A stretch of DNA of 64,000 bases from Burkholderiales bacterium (GTDB taxonomy: Bacteria; Pseudomonadota; Gammaproteobacteria; Burkholderiales; Burkholderiaceae_C), in NCBI GenBank assembly GCA_947372465.1, contig CANBTT010000011.1:182-64181 (forward strand), read 5' to 3'. This document shows positions 1-10,137 of the stretch, piece after piece. Positions within the stretch are counted from its first letter, which is position 1; each line of letters opens with the position of its first letter. A model generated the notes under the pieces. That model made no database searches and was not told the DNA's origin. It saw only the letters and a program-made list of their open reading frames with translations. The translations under genes and the position numbers were made by a program.

Positions 1-2
1 AT

Positions 3-1499
3 GGAAAGATTCATGTTGGCTTGAACAACTATTCTGCGGGAAGGGCGGGGGATCCTCCGGCCATTTCTTTGAGCGAGCGCTTGAAAGAGTTGAAGTTGCC
101 TCAAAAAAGATTGAAGACGGGTACGCCGCCTCGCATTGATGGCAGGACCATTGATTATTCAAAGTGCAGTGAGCAGGCGGGCGATGGCATGCCGGGTGGT
201 TTGCCTGGTGCGGTTCCGGTGTTTAGCTTTATGGGTCAGTCTATAGAACACCCTCGGCAAATATCTTGTTGGGTTACGCATACCAATGAGAAAACACATG
301 AGATCATCCGCTCTGGTTTTGATCGCAGTCCAATGTTCACAGGAAAGATTGAAGGCGTTGGGCCCAGGTATTGCCCAAGCGTTGAGGACAAAATCAATCG
401 CTTTGCGGACAAGCCAAGTCATCAAATTTTCTTAGAGCCAGAGGGCCTCAACACACACGAGGTGTATCCCAACGGAATCAGCACCAGTCTGCCCTTCGAT
501 GTTCAATACGACTTGGTCCGCTCCATGGTGGGCTTAGAGAATGCACACATTTTAAGACCAGGGTATGCGATTGAGTACGACTATTTCGACCCAAGAGAGT
601 TGTTGCCGAGTTTTGAGACGCGGTTGATCGAGGGTTTGTTTTTCGCTGGACAAATCAATGGTACGACGGGCTACGAGGAGGCGGCCGCTCAGGGCCTGTA
701 CGCTGGAATCAATGCAGCTCTTAAAGCGCAGGACAAAGCGCCGTGGATACCAAAGCGTGATGAGGCTTATTTGGGCGTTCTGGTTGATGACTTGATCACC
801 AAGGGCGTGACAGAGCCTTACCGGATGTTCACCTCTCGAGCGGAGTTTCGCTTGCAGTTAAGGGAAGACAATGCGGATGCAAGATTGACCGAGCAAGCCC
901 GCGCCATGGGTCTGGTTGATGACGAGAGGTGGCGTGTGTTTCAACTAAAGCAAGAGGCTGTTTCACGTGAAACACAGCGTCTTCGCTCACAGTGGGTGAA
1001 CCCCAACAACATTGAGCCCCAAGCGTGTGAGCGTGTGCTCGGCCACATGATTGAGCGAGAATACAACTTGGCTGATTTGTTGAGAAGGCCTGGGGTTACA
1101 TATACGGATGTGATTTCAATGGACCCCGATCGATTTGTGAGCCAAGAGCTGGGGCTCATGTCCCAGACAGATCGTCAGACGGTGATTGAGCAAATTGAAA
1201 TCACGGCCAAATATGCAGGCTACATTGACCGTCAGCAAGACGAGGTTCGTCGCGCAAGTCATTTTGAAGCCATGATGCTTCCGCCCACCTTGGACTACTC
1301 GTTGATCACAGCACTCAGCATCGAAGTTCGTCAAAAGTTGCAGCAGCAAAGACCACAAACATTGGGTCAGGCGTCTAGAATTTCTGGGGTAACGCCGGCC
1401 GCCATCTCGCTTTTATTGATTCACTTAAAGCGTCAGCGATACAAGGGTTTTGAAGATCAAAAGATGCAGGAAGCTGCTTTGAGCGCCACACCGACTTGA
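3..1499 (+). CDS. mnmG: tRNA uridine 5-carboxymethylaminomethyl modification enzyme MnmG (GidA), 5'-truncated by the window edge
   Basis: Frame 3 is open from base 3 ([19 protein letters not shown]...). The product tracks the C-terminal two thirds of MnmG ([30 protein letters not shown]). rsmG follows, as in the conserved gidA-gidB pair. Confidence 0.93.
   Translation, partial: GKIHVGLNNYSAGRAGDPPAISLSERLKELKLPQKRLKTGTPPRIDGRTIDYSKCSEQAGDGMPGGLPGAVPVFSFMGQSIEHPRQISCWVTHTNEKTHEIIRSGFDRSPMFTGKIEGVGPRYCPSVEDKINRFADKPSHQIFLEPEGLNTHEVYPNGISTSLPFDVQYDLVRSMVGLENAHILRPGYAIEYDYFDPRELLPSFETRLIEGLFFAGQINGTTGYEEAAAQGLYAGINAALKAQDKAPWIPKRDEAYLGVLVDDLITKGVTEPYRMFTSRAEFRLQLREDNADARLTEQARAMGLVDDERWRVFQLKQEAVSRETQRLRSQWVNPNNIEPQACERVLGHMIEREYNLADLLRRPGVTYTDVISMDPDRFVSQELGLMSQTDRQTVIEQIEITAKYAGYIDRQQDEVRRASHFEAMMLPPTLDYSLITALSIEVRQKLQQQRPQTLGQASRISGVTPAAISLLLIHLKRQRYKGFEDQKMQEAALSATPT
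958..973. promoter_or_regulatory. parS centromere-like site, perfect palindrome TGTTTCACGTGAAACA
   Basis: 16/16 match to the classical parS consensus TGTTNCACGTGAAACA. It lies inside the mnmG coding sequence, about 2.9 kb upstream of parB. Confidence 0.8.
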
Positions 1500-1515
1500 T
1501 GCTTTAAAAAAGCCC

Positions 1516-2172
1516 ATGAGCTACTTAAAACAACTTGGGACCCATGCAGAGTTGCTGATACAAGGCATTGAAGAAACAGGTGTGCTTGCCCATCCTGAGC
1601 AAGTTGAGAGATTGGCTCAATATGCGGGACTTTTGCACAAGTGGGGAGCGGTCTACAACCTCACGGCCAACAAAGAAGTCTCGCAAATTGTGACGCTCCA
1701 TTTGCTGGATTCTTTGGTGGTTGTGCGGCCCTTGCTACGGGAGGCGCCAAAACTCAAGGCCTTGCTCGATGTGGGCTCAGGCGCAGGCTTGCCGGGTGTT
1801 GTTCTGTCCATCATGTGTCCTGACATCCAAGTCCATTGCATCGATGCGGTTGCCAAAAAGGCGGCGTTCATCAAACAAGTGGCCATCAACTTGGGGCTTG
1901 CCAACTTGCACTCACATCACGGGCGAATTGAGGCGCTTGATGGTCAGTTTGATGTGGTCACATCAAGGGCCTTTGCCTCGTTGATGGATTTTGTGAGTTT
2001 GACGACCAAGAATCTTTCGCCTTCCGGTTTTTGGATGGCCATGAAGGGGCGGATCGATCCGGCGGAAATCGACGTGTTGCCAGCGGGCGTTGAGGTGTTT
2101 CACGTGGAACCTTTGCGGGTTCCAAGGGTGGACGCCGTTAGAAACATTGTTTGGTTAAAGCGCAAGTCATAA
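1516..2172 (+). CDS. rsmG: 16S rRNA (guanine527-N7)-methyltransferase RsmG (GidB)
   Basis: 218-aa ORF with the SAM-binding motif LLDVGSGAGLPGVVL and the DVVTSRAF block. It sits immediately after mnmG. Confidence 0.92.
   Translation: MSYLKQLGTHAELLIQGIEETGVLAHPEQVERLAQYAGLLHKWGAVYNLTANKEVSQIVTLHLLDSLVVVRPLLREAPKLKALLDVGSGAGLPGVVLSIMCPDIQVHCIDAVAKKAAFIKQVAINLGLANLHSHHGRIEALDGQFDVVTSRAFASLMDFVSLTTKNLSPSGFWMAMKGRIDPAEIDVLPAGVEVFHVEPLRVPRVDAVRNIVWLKRKS
2096..2111. promoter_or_regulatory. parS-like site TGTTTCACGTGGAACC (about 14/16 to consensus)
   Basis: The core TTTCACGTGGAAC is shared with the site at 2196-2211. It lies in the 3' end of rsmG. Confidence 0.7.
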
Positions 2173-2195
2173 GCGTTGGCCCATTCCTGGCTCAA

Positions 2196-2211
2196 GGTTT
2201 CACGTGGAACA
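2196..2211. promoter_or_regulatory. parS-like site GGTTTCACGTGGAACA (about 14/16 to consensus)
   Basis: Near-consensus parS in the gap between rsmG and the LysE-family gene, exactly 100 bp after the previous site. Confidence 0.7.
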
Positions 2212-2320
2212 CGGTCGATATATTGTGACGGATTGTCGGCTCAGGGGCTTAAAGTTCAAGGAATACAGGTAAACTCTGCGGCTCTGATCAAAAGAGACTT
2301 GGCAAAGGGGTTGAATACGT

Positions 2321-2932
2321 GTGATGCCTGTTAAAGACTATGGTTCGTTTGTCCTCACCATCGGTTTGTTTTTGGCCCTGCCTGGGCCGGGCAACTTGGC
2401 CATTTTGAGTGCTTATCGTTTGGGTGGCGTGCGAGCGGCCATGGTTTCAACGCTTGGCATTGCTTTTGGAGATCAGTTGTTGATTGTTTTGGCCTTGGGT
2501 GGCCTTGCGGCCATTTTGCAAGAGTGGCCCCAACTGTTTCGGTGGATTGAGTACTTGGGTGCTGTGTATTTGATCTACATTGGGATTGGCTTGTTGAGGC
2601 CTGCACGGGGGCGTGTGGGTCTGGCGGTGTTTAAAATGAAAGACTTTTTCAGGCAGTCCCTGGCAATCACCTTGATGAATCCAAAGGCCATCGTCTTTTA
2701 CATGGCGTTCTTTCCATTGTTTTTGGACAAAGGGCGAGGCATAGATTTGCAGACCTGGGCTGCTTTGGCGGGAACAATTGCATTGATGACCTTTGTGTAT
2801 GGTTTGCTTTTGCTTTTGATGCTCAAGTTGCTTGCCAGAACGGTTAAAGATACAAGTCGGTTTAAAAAAATGTTGACGCGCTTAATGGGTGCTTTGTTCA
2901 TTGGTTTTGGAATCAAACTGGCTTTTTCATAA
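2321..2932 (+). CDS. LysE/RhtB-family amino-acid exporter
   Basis: 203-aa polytopic membrane protein with the N-terminal LALPGPGNL motif typical of LysE/RhtB translocators. Confidence 0.8.
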   Translation: MMPVKDYGSFVLTIGLFLALPGPGNLAILSAYRLGGVRAAMVSTLGIAFGDQLLIVLALGGLAAILQEWPQLFRWIEYLGAVYLIYIGIGLLRPARGRVGLAVFKMKDFFRQSLAITLMNPKAIVFYMAFFPLFLDKGRGIDLQTWAALAGTIALMTFVYGLLLLLMLKLLARTVKDTSRFKKMLTRLMGALFIGFGIKLAFS

Positions 2933-2946
2933 GAAGAAAGAAAATC

Positions 2947-3747
2947 ATGGCGCATATTTTTTGTGTTGCAAATCAAAAGGGTGGGGTTGGTAAAACCACA
3001 ACCACGGTGAACTTGAGTGCTGGATTGGCTGCACTGGGGCAGCGAGTGTTGATGGTCGACCTGGATCCACAGGGCAATGCAACCATGGGCTCAGGTGTCG
3101 ACAAAAGAGAGCTTGATTTGAGCGTTTATGAGGTCCTGATCGAGGGTGCTTCAATTTCTGCCGCAAAAGTGCTTAGCAATTGGGGCGAGCAACCTAGCCA
3201 CAAGTTGCACAAAACCTATGATGTGTTGGGTGCGAGTCGAGAGTTGGCGGGCGCTGAATTGGAGTTGGTTGGGATGGAGAACCGGGAAAAGAGATTGAAG
3301 GAAGCGTTGGAGAAAGTTGCTCAAGACTATGACTTTGTCTTGATCGATTGTCCGCCCTCCTTGTCCTTGTTGACTTTGAATGGTTTGTGCTCGGCCAATG
3401 GTGTCATCGTCCCAATGCAGTGCGAGTACTTCGCACTGGAGGGATTGACGGACTTGGTCAACACCATTAAGCAAGTGCATGCCAATTTGAATCGCGCTCT
3501 AAAAATCATTGGTTTGCTCAGGGTCATGTTTGATCCGAGGGTGAGTTTACAACTCCAGGTGAGTGATCAATTGAAGGCGCATTTTGGCGATAAAGTCTTT
3601 AACGCGGTGATACCCAGAAATGTTCGCTTGGCCGAGGCGCCAAGTTTTGGTTTGCCTGGCGTGGTCTACGACCCAAATGCCAAGGGCAGCCAAGCCTTCT
3701 TATCTTTCGCCAATGAAATGGTCGAGAGAATTTCAAAAAACCTGTAG
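2947..3747 (+). CDS. parA: chromosome partitioning ATPase ParA (Soj)
   Basis: Deviant Walker A motif NQKGGVGKTTTTVNL, plus the DLDPQGN and IDCPPS blocks. parB lies directly downstream. Confidence 0.93.
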   Translation: MAHIFCVANQKGGVGKTTTTVNLSAGLAALGQRVLMVDLDPQGNATMGSGVDKRELDLSVYEVLIEGASISAAKVLSNWGEQPSHKLHKTYDVLGASRELAGAELELVGMENREKRLKEALEKVAQDYDFVLIDCPPSLSLLTLNGLCSANGVIVPMQCEYFALEGLTDLVNTIKQVHANLNRALKIIGLLRVMFDPRVSLQLQVSDQLKAHFGDKVFNAVIPRNVRLAEAPSFGLPGVVYDPNAKGSQAFLSFANEMVERISKNL

Positions 3748-3825
3748 TTAATCCTTTTTTCGTACAAAAGGCGCTCATCAAGAGCAGCTGTCTTTGCGAA
3801 GTTGTTGAATAGAGAAAGTTAGAAA

Positions 3826-4752
3826 ATGGCGACAAAAAAAGCAAATCGTTTGGGTCGGGGTCTGGAGTCCTTGCTCGGCCCCAAGGCGCCTGATGAAAGC
3901 TGGACGCAGGTGCAGGCCACAGATGCCCCAAGCCGATTGGATCTGGCTCAGATGGTGCCTGGGATGTATCAACCCAGGACTCGCATGGACGAGGGCGCTC
4001 TTTATGAGTTGGCTGAAAGCATCAAAGCACAGGGCGTGATGCAGCCTATTTTGGTGCGACCTCTCAAAGAGGGAGAGCACGCAGGCAAATATGAAATCAT
4101 TGCGGGCGAGCGGCGCTTTCGCGCTTCAAAAATTGCAGGCCTTGAACACGTTCCTGTCTTGGTGAGAGATGTGCCCAATGAGGCCGCTGCAGCCATGGCG
4201 CTGATTGAGAACATACAACGTGAAGACTTGAACCCTTTAGAAGAGGCTCAGGGACTGCAAAGACTCGTCAAAGAGTTTGGACTGACACATGAAGAGGCGG
4301 CACAGGCGGTGGGTCGATCCAGAAGCGCGGCCTCTAATTTGTTGCGCCTGTTGAACTTGGCCGATCCTGTGCAAGCCTTGTTGATGGCTGGGGATTTGGA
4401 CATGGGACATGCAAGAGCATTGTTGAGTTTGGACCGTGCGTCACAAATTACCACGGCACATCAAATAGCGTCGAAGCACTTGTCGGTGAGAGAGGCCGAG
4501 CGCTTGGTGAAGAAAATTGGAGCTGAATTCCAGCTGGTTGCGTCCAAACCCAAGAAAGAAAAGTCGCGTGATATCAAAAGAGTAGAGGAAGAGCTCTCAG
4601 ACTTGCTCACGGCACAAGTAGAGGTGCGTGTCAAAAAGAGGGTAAAAAGATATGGGCGTGTGGAGGAAATGGGTGAGTTGGCCATCCAATTTGGCTCGCT
4701 GGAGGAGATCAATGGCTTGATCGATAAGCTCAAGTTGATTGCGCCAGTTTAA
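3826..4752 (+). CDS. parB: chromosome partitioning protein ParB (Spo0J)
   Basis: ParB box IIAGERRFRASK, ENIQREDLNPLEEA, and the HTH segment LTHEEAAQAVGRSRSAASNLLRLL. Confidence 0.93.
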   Translation: MATKKANRLGRGLESLLGPKAPDESWTQVQATDAPSRLDLAQMVPGMYQPRTRMDEGALYELAESIKAQGVMQPILVRPLKEGEHAGKYEIIAGERRFRASKIAGLEHVPVLVRDVPNEAAAAMALIENIQREDLNPLEEAQGLQRLVKEFGLTHEEAAQAVGRSRSAASNLLRLLNLADPVQALLMAGDLDMGHARALLSLDRASQITTAHQIASKHLSVREAERLVKKIGAEFQLVASKPKKEKSRDIKRVEEELSDLLTAQVEVRVKKRVKRYGRVEEMGELAIQFGSLEEINGLIDKLKLIAPV

Positions 4753-4820
4753 AGTTCAAAGGCAGACCGATTGCTTGCGCCTTGGCCGCGGATGGGTGCA
4801 GGTCGTTTCAAAGGAAAAAA

Positions 4821-5387
4821 ATGGGACAACGTTTAACGCAGATCACGACCAGGACGGGTGATCAGGGCATCACAGGACTGGGTAACAATGAACGCGTTTC
4901 AAAGAGTCACGTTCGTGTTCATGCAATGGGCGAAGTGGATGAGTTGAACTCATCGATCGGATTGTTGTTGAGCGAGGCGTTGACGCCTGCTGATCAAGGG
5001 CTTTTGCTGGAGATACAACACGAACTGTTTAACCTTGGGGGTGAGTTGTCCATACCAGGCATGCAATTGTTAAAAGACCCGTCGCTTGCACAATTGGATG
5101 CAGCCATTGAGTCGTATTTGGGTCATTTGCCACCCTTAAAAGAGTTCATACTGCCTGGTGGCGTGCGTTCATCTTGTTTGGCCCATGTGTGCAGGACGGT
5201 TGCTCGTCGAGCGGAGCGTTCATTGGTCGCACTTTCCACACAAGAGGCTTACGCGGGCTTGGGCATCCGGTATTTGAATCGATTGAGTGATTTTTTATTC
5301 ATATTGGCCAGAAAACTCAATCGCGATGCGCTCACGCAAGATGTCTATTGGAAAAGCGAGAGACTTGCCAACTTGGATAAAAATTGA
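4821..5387 (+). CDS. ATP:cob(I)alamin adenosyltransferase, PduO type
   Basis: N-terminal TRTGDQGITGL and MGEVDELNSSIG motifs. I chose the ATG at 4821 (after AAGGAAAAAA) rather than the upstream TTG of the ORF track. Confidence 0.85.
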   Translation: MGQRLTQITTRTGDQGITGLGNNERVSKSHVRVHAMGEVDELNSSIGLLLSEALTPADQGLLLEIQHELFNLGGELSIPGMQLLKDPSLAQLDAAIESYLGHLPPLKEFILPGGVRSSCLAHVCRTVARRAERSLVALSTQEAYAGLGIRYLNRLSDFLFILARKLNRDALTQDVYWKSERLANLDKN

Positions 5388-5430
5388 TTGCGTTTTTTGC
5401 TTGAAAGAACGCCGCCCAAGCCTTAAGTGT

Positions 5431-5859
5431 TCATCCGCTTGGATTTTCAACAATTGCAACGGTTATTCTGGACACGCAAATCAGTTCTTTGCTTTCGTTT
5501 TTAAGCTCGATGCTCCAAACATGGGTGCTTCGTCCGATATGAAGGGGACGAGCAGTGCCGTGAATGTAGCCACTGCTGGCGCCTTTGACGTGGTTGGCAT
5601 TGATTTCTAGACCAAGCGCACGAAACGCGGGACCGCAGGCATAAAAAGCGCCACAAGAGCCAAGGGTTTCGGCGACAAGGACACTCACACCACCATGGAG
5701 CCTGCCGTAGGGTTGCATGGTTTTGCGTTCAACATGGATCCGAGCGCCCAGAAAGTCATCCCCAATCTCCGTGAACTCAAGCCCCAGGTGATCCGAAGCG
5801 GTATTTGCGTTCATTTTTGTCAATACGTCAAGGGAGATCGGTTTTTGCCAAATGCGCAT
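5431..5859 (-). CDS. hotdog-fold (PaaI/YdiI-like) acyl-CoA thioesterase
   Basis: 142 aa with the LHGGVSVLVAETLGS core and a C-terminal WSIEL...LICVSRITVA strand pattern typical of PaaI-type thioesterases. Confidence 0.8.
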   Translation of the reverse strand: MRIWQKPISLDVLTKMNANTASDHLGLEFTEIGDDFLGARIHVERKTMQPYGRLHGGVSVLVAETLGSCGAFYACGPAFRALGLEINANHVKGASSGYIHGTARPLHIGRSTHVWSIELKNESKELICVSRITVAIVENPSG

Positions 5860-5913
5860 GATTCAAAAGGGCTGGGTTGAGATCTCTGTATTATAAGAAA
5901 TGTTTCTGCAGAA

Positions 5914-6054
5914 CTACTTCTTCAATTTACCTTTGGCGATGATGGATGTCGCCAGCATGGATTTGGTCGTTTCAACGACCCCAGGTTTGGGGGCCGAGAG
6001 ATCTTTTTTTGGTTTTTTGGTTTCTTTGTTTTTTCTTTGTTGACCTTTGGCCAT
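5914..6054 (-). CDS. small lysine-rich protein (46 aa), hypothetical
   Basis: Hand-translated: MAKGQQRKNKETKKPKKDLSAPKPGVVETTKSMLATSIIAKGKLKK*. An AAGGA Shine-Dalgarno lies 8 nt upstream of the ATG. It fills an otherwise empty gap and is below the 60-aa cutoff of the ORF track. Confidence 0.4.
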   Translation of the reverse strand: MAKGQQRKNKETKKPKKDLSAPKPGVVETTKSMLATSIIAKGKLKK

Positions 6055-6104
6055 GATAGAGTCCTTGAATGTTGAAAAGTCCAGTGTACTCCCCTGCGTG
6101 ATGA

Positions 6105-6518
6105 ATGCCTAACATGTCTGAACAAATTGAGATCAAAGAGTCCGAGGTGAAACTGACGGCGATCAAATCGCAAGGCGCGGGAGGACAGCATGTCAATAAA
6201 GTCTCTAGCGCGATACACCTTCGGTTTGATATTGGCGCCTCAAGTCTGCCCCCAGCACTCAAGCAAAGATTTTTGGCCTCCAATGACTCAAGAATATCAA
6301 AAGAGGGCATTTTGGTGATGAAGGTACAAGACACAAGGAGCCAAGACATGAATCGAATGCTCGCGTGGTCTAGGCTTTATGAGCTGATCCTTGTATTTGG
6401 GACAGAGCCAAAAACAAGGCGTGCGACCAAGGTCAAAAAATCTGCAATTGAAAAGCGCTTAAAAGAAAAGAAAAAAAGATCGATGCTAAAGTCATCTCGT
6501 GGTCTTGTGGAGGAGTAA
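6105..6518 (+). CDS. arfB: alternative ribosome-rescue factor ArfB (YaeJ), peptidyl-tRNA hydrolase
   Basis: GGQ motif (SQGAGGQHVNKVSSA) followed by a basic C-terminal tail (KKSAIEKRLKEKKKRSMLK). Size is about 137 aa. Confidence 0.88.
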   Translation: MPNMSEQIEIKESEVKLTAIKSQGAGGQHVNKVSSAIHLRFDIGASSLPPALKQRFLASNDSRISKEGILVMKVQDTRSQDMNRMLAWSRLYELILVFGTEPKTRRATKVKKSAIEKRLKEKKKRSMLKSSRGLVEE

Positions 6519-6624
6519 ATACAAAGTGCGATAACTGTATTAAACTGCTCTAATTTGAACCTGGGCGCCCGAATGGTTTAAATGGTGGGCGTATATTCCT
6601 TTATTTACGAATTGGAGAAGACAA

Positions 6625-7821
6625 ATGACGCGAGCAAGTTTTCAGTGGCAAGACCCCTTTTTACTGGATGAGCAACTCAGTGAAGAGGAGCGCATGATCC
6701 AAAAAGCGGCACAAGAATATTGCCAAAGAAAATTGGCGCCGCGCGTGCTCGATGCCTTCAGAAATGAAAAAACAGACGCAAGCATTTTTAGGGAAATGGG
6801 AGAACTTGGTCTTTTAGGTCCGACCATCCCTCAGGAATATGGCGGCCCTGGTTTGAGTTATGTTGATTATGGTTTGATTGCCCGAGAGGTCGAGCGCGTT
6901 GATTCTGGCTACCGCTCAATGATGAGCGTGCAGTCGTCTTTGGTCATGTTGCCCATTTATGAGTTTGGGACACAGGCGCAGAGAGAAAAATATTTACCCA
7001 ACTTGGCAAGCGGACAAACAATTGGCTGCTTTGGCTTGACAGAGCCTGACCACGGCTCCGATCCTGGCAGCATGGCAACTCGCGCACAAAAGGTGGCGGG
7101 TGGCTATCAACTTCGTGGCAGCAAGATGTGGATCTCAAACAGCCCCATCGCAGATGTTTTTGTGGTCTGGGCCAAAGAGGTCAGTGAAGGCGGCGAGGTG
7201 GGGCCCATCAGGGGCTTTGTTCTGGAAAAGGGCATGAAGGGTTTGAGCGCGCCGGCCATCCACGGCAAGGTGGGCTTGAGGGCCTCTATCACGGGTGAAA
7301 TTGTGATGGATTCGGTGTTTGTACCGGAAGAAAATGCATTTCCAGAGGTGACTGGTTTGAAGGGGCCGTTCACTTGTTTAAACAGTGCGCGTTACGGCAT
7401 TGCTTGGGGTGCCTTGGGTGCAGCAGAATTTTGTTGGCATGCCAGCCGACAGTACACCATGGACCGGATTCAATTTGGCAGGCCTTTGGCGGCCAATCAG
7501 TTGATTCAAAAGAAGCTGGCCGACATGCAAACAGAAATTGCTTTGGGCTTGCAAGGGTGTTTAAGGTTGGGGCGAATGAAGGACGAAGGTATTGCGTCAG
7601 TGGAGCTCACGTCTTTGCTCAAGAGAAACTCATGTGGCAAGTCTTTGGATGTCGCGCGCTTGGCTCGAGACATGATGGGTGGCAACGGGATCAGTGACGA
7701 GTTTGGTGTGGCCAGACATTTGGTCAACTTGGAGGTGGTCAATACCTATGAGGGCACCCACGATGTGCACGCTTTGATTTTGGGGCGTGCTCAAACGGGC
7801 ATTGCTGCCTTTGCAAATTAA
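6625..7821 (+). CDS. gcdH: glutaryl-CoA dehydrogenase (acyl-CoA dehydrogenase family)
   Basis: 398 aa with [15 protein letters not shown] and the C-terminal [17 protein letters not shown] characteristic of GcdH-type acyl-CoA dehydrogenases. Confidence 0.85.
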   Translation: MTRASFQWQDPFLLDEQLSEEERMIQKAAQEYCQRKLAPRVLDAFRNEKTDASIFREMGELGLLGPTIPQEYGGPGLSYVDYGLIAREVERVDSGYRSMMSVQSSLVMLPIYEFGTQAQREKYLPNLASGQTIGCFGLTEPDHGSDPGSMATRAQKVAGGYQLRGSKMWISNSPIADVFVVWAKEVSEGGEVGPIRGFVLEKGMKGLSAPAIHGKVGLRASITGEIVMDSVFVPEENAFPEVTGLKGPFTCLNSARYGIAWGALGAAEFCWHASRQYTMDRIQFGRPLAANQLIQKKLADMQTEIALGLQGCLRLGRMKDEGIASVELTSLLKRNSCGKSLDVARLARDMMGGNGISDEFGVARHLVNLEVVNTYEGTHDVHALILGRAQTGIAAFAN

Positions 7822-7856
7822 TTTGTAACACCTAAAACCGTTTTATAGCAAGCAAG

Positions 7857-9035
7857 ATGCAGCGAAAATGCAAGGTCGTGGTCGGGTTGAGCGGTGGTGT
7901 TGACTCGGCGGTTGCTGCCTACCTTTTAAAAAAGGAGGGCCATGAGGTGCATGCTATATTTATGAAGAACTGGGAGGACGATGACAATGACACGTACTGT
8001 TCCTCCAATGAAGACTTTGTCGATGCCGTTGCAGTGGCTGACGTCTTGGGGATAGAAATAGAGCACGTTAATTTTTCTGCCGATTACAAGGACCGTGTGT
8101 TTGCAGAATTTTTGAAAGAATACAAAGCGGGTAGGACGCCCAATCCAGATATATTGTGCAACGCGGAAATCAAGTTCAAAGCGTTTTTGGATCATGCCAT
8201 GCGACTTGGTGCGGAAAAAATTGCCACGGGACACTACGCGAGAGTTTTGGAGACACCTCTTGGTTACAAGTTGTTGAAGGGACTCGATGCCGACAAGGAT
8301 CAAAGTTACTTTTTACACCGCTTGAACCAAGCCCAGTTGAGCAAAACCTTGTTTCCTGTCGGAGAAATGAAAAAGACAGATCTGCGAGCCTTGGCTCAAA
8401 GCATTGGCTTACCGAATGCCAAAAAGAAGGATTCAACGGGCATATGTTTCATTGGAGAAAGACCTTTTCGAGCTTTTTTAAACCAATACATAGCGTCTAA
8501 ACCGGGGCCCATTAAAAATGAATTCAATCAAACCATTGGTCAGCATGTGGGTTTGAGTTTTTACACCTTGGGGCAAAGGCAGGGTCTGGGCATTGGTGGC
8601 GTCAAGAATAGCCATCGTGTGACGGCGTCTGCACATCAAAAAGACGATCACCATGAACCGTGGTTTGTTGCATTCAAGGACATGCAGCGCAACACCTTGC
8701 ATGCGGTCCAAGGGCATGAGCATCCGGCCTTGTTGTCTGATGCATTGAGTGCACAAGACTTGAGTTGGACAAGTGGTGAAGTGGAGCCCAATTTCTCCGG
8801 ACATGTCCTGACCGCAAAGACCCGATACCGCCAAGTTGATGCAAGCTGCATGGTTCAATCCATGAGCACACAGGTTTTGAATTTGAGCTTTGCTCAGCCG
8901 CAGTGGGCCGTAACGCCCGGGCAATCTGTGGTTTTGTACAACGGCGAGGAGTGCCTGGGTGGCGGCGTGATTTGGGGCTACTCAGCTAGAAAAAGTTTTG
9001 AGCTCAATGCTTTGCAAAAGCTGGCCAATGCATGA
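7857..9035 (+). CDS. mnmA: tRNA-specific 2-thiouridylase MnmA
   Basis: PP-loop [28 protein letters not shown] and [11 protein letters not shown] motifs. Confidence 0.93.
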   Translation: MQRKCKVVVGLSGGVDSAVAAYLLKKEGHEVHAIFMKNWEDDDNDTYCSSNEDFVDAVAVADVLGIEIEHVNFSADYKDRVFAEFLKEYKAGRTPNPDILCNAEIKFKAFLDHAMRLGAEKIATGHYARVLETPLGYKLLKGLDADKDQSYFLHRLNQAQLSKTLFPVGEMKKTDLRALAQSIGLPNAKKKDSTGICFIGERPFRAFLNQYIASKPGPIKNEFNQTIGQHVGLSFYTLGQRQGLGIGGVKNSHRVTASAHQKDDHHEPWFVAFKDMQRNTLHAVQGHEHPALLSDALSAQDLSWTSGEVEPNFSGHVLTAKTRYRQVDASCMVQSMSTQVLNLSFAQPQWAVTPGQSVVLYNGEECLGGGVIWGYSARKSFELNALQKLANA

Positions 9036-9058
9036 GCGCGCTGTCCCACGCGAGAGCG

Positions 9059-10030
9059 CTAATTGACATCCAGAACCTCTTTGGCGGCTCGCACAATTAC
9101 CGAACGCAGCCACTCATGCGCTTGGGTGGAGATGAACTGTGTGTACCAAAGCAAATCCACATGAACGGGTTGAAGTTTCAGGGGAATGGGCTTGATGCAC
9201 AATTGTTCAGCCAAGCCCGCGACGCGAACAAAATGCTTGGGCAAAACGGTCAAGAGGTCTGAGTTCAAGACGACCCGTCCTGCGGTTGCGAATTGATTGA
9301 CGGTGACGGCCACTTTTCTTTGCCGACCCAGGGCGGCCAAGGCTTCATCCACAAAGCCAAAGGGTCGGCCTGAGAAACTCACCAGCATATGGCGTGCTCG
9401 ACAAAAGGCTTCCAAATCCAAAACTTTCTCGCTCAAGGGGTGATTTCGACGCATCACGCAAACATACTCCCCCTCAAAAAGACGAAAGTGATCAAACATG
9501 ACCAACTCATCGGATTGGGCTTTGGCCGTGAGATCGGCCAATACCCCAGGAAAATGACCAACGGCAATGTGTGCTGCATGCTCGGTGAGAAGCTTTCTGG
9601 GGTCACGTGTGGTCAGCGGAATGACACGCAGGCTCGCCTTGGGCGCTTCATTTTCGAAAATTTTTGACAAGGCAGGAATCAACTCAGCGGCAGTGGCATC
9701 GGCCATGGCCAAAATAAAGGGCATGTTGGTCTTTAAGGGATCAAAAGGGTCGGGGGAGATGGCTTTTTCAAGCTGATTCAGTGCCTCACGGATTTGTGGC
9801 CACAGCCATTTGGCCTGGGCTGTAGGGCTTAGACGTGGGCCTTCGCGTACAAGCAGCTCATCTTTCAAGTGTTCTCTGAGTCGACGCAAGGCGTTGCTGA
9901 CCGCCGGCTGTGTCAAGGACAGCCTGGCGGCAGCCTTTGTGAGACTTTGCTCAGACATGATGACGTCAAAAACACGCAACAGATTCAAGTCAAGCGTCTT
10001 AAAGTTTGTGCTTTTGTTTTCCATTATCAT
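9059..10030 (-). CDS. LysR-family transcriptional regulator
   Basis: N-terminal wHTH LNLLRVFDVIMSEQSLTKAAARLSLTQPAVSNALRRLRE followed by a substrate-binding domain. It is divergent from the ORF at 10138. Confidence 0.88.
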   Translation of the reverse strand: MIMENKSTNFKTLDLNLLRVFDVIMSEQSLTKAAARLSLTQPAVSNALRRLREHLKDELLVREGPRLSPTAQAKWLWPQIREALNQLEKAISPDPFDPLKTNMPFILAMADATAAELIPALSKIFENEAPKASLRVIPLTTRDPRKLLTEHAAHIAVGHFPGVLADLTAKAQSDELVMFDHFRLFEGEYVCVMRRNHPLSEKVLDLEAFCRARHMLVSFSGRPFGFVDEALAALGRQRKVAVTVNQFATAGRVVLNSDLLTVLPKHFVRVAGLAEQLCIKPIPLKLQPVHVDLLWYTQFISTQAHEWLRSVIVRAAKEVLDVN

Positions 10031-10137
10031 TTTTATGAATAGTATATATCACAAATCAAAAGTTGAACAATACCAGTAAAAACCCTAGGATGCATCCATG
10101 CAGTTGAAAAACTGAGCTGATTTTAAAAGGAAACATC

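Noticed and set aside
1-5000. An oriC or DnaA-box cluster might be expected near the mnmG-rsmG-parAB locus.
   Set aside because: Reading the intergenic regions, I found no cluster of TTATCCACA-like boxes or an AT-rich DUE. The origin is probably outside this window.
5922-6349. Two minus-strand ORFs (98 and 125 aa) overlap the arfB 5' region.
   Set aside because: They overlap the well-supported arfB (GGQ motif) and each other. The only plausible minus-strand coding segment here is the short 46-aa lysine-rich ORF at 5914-6054.
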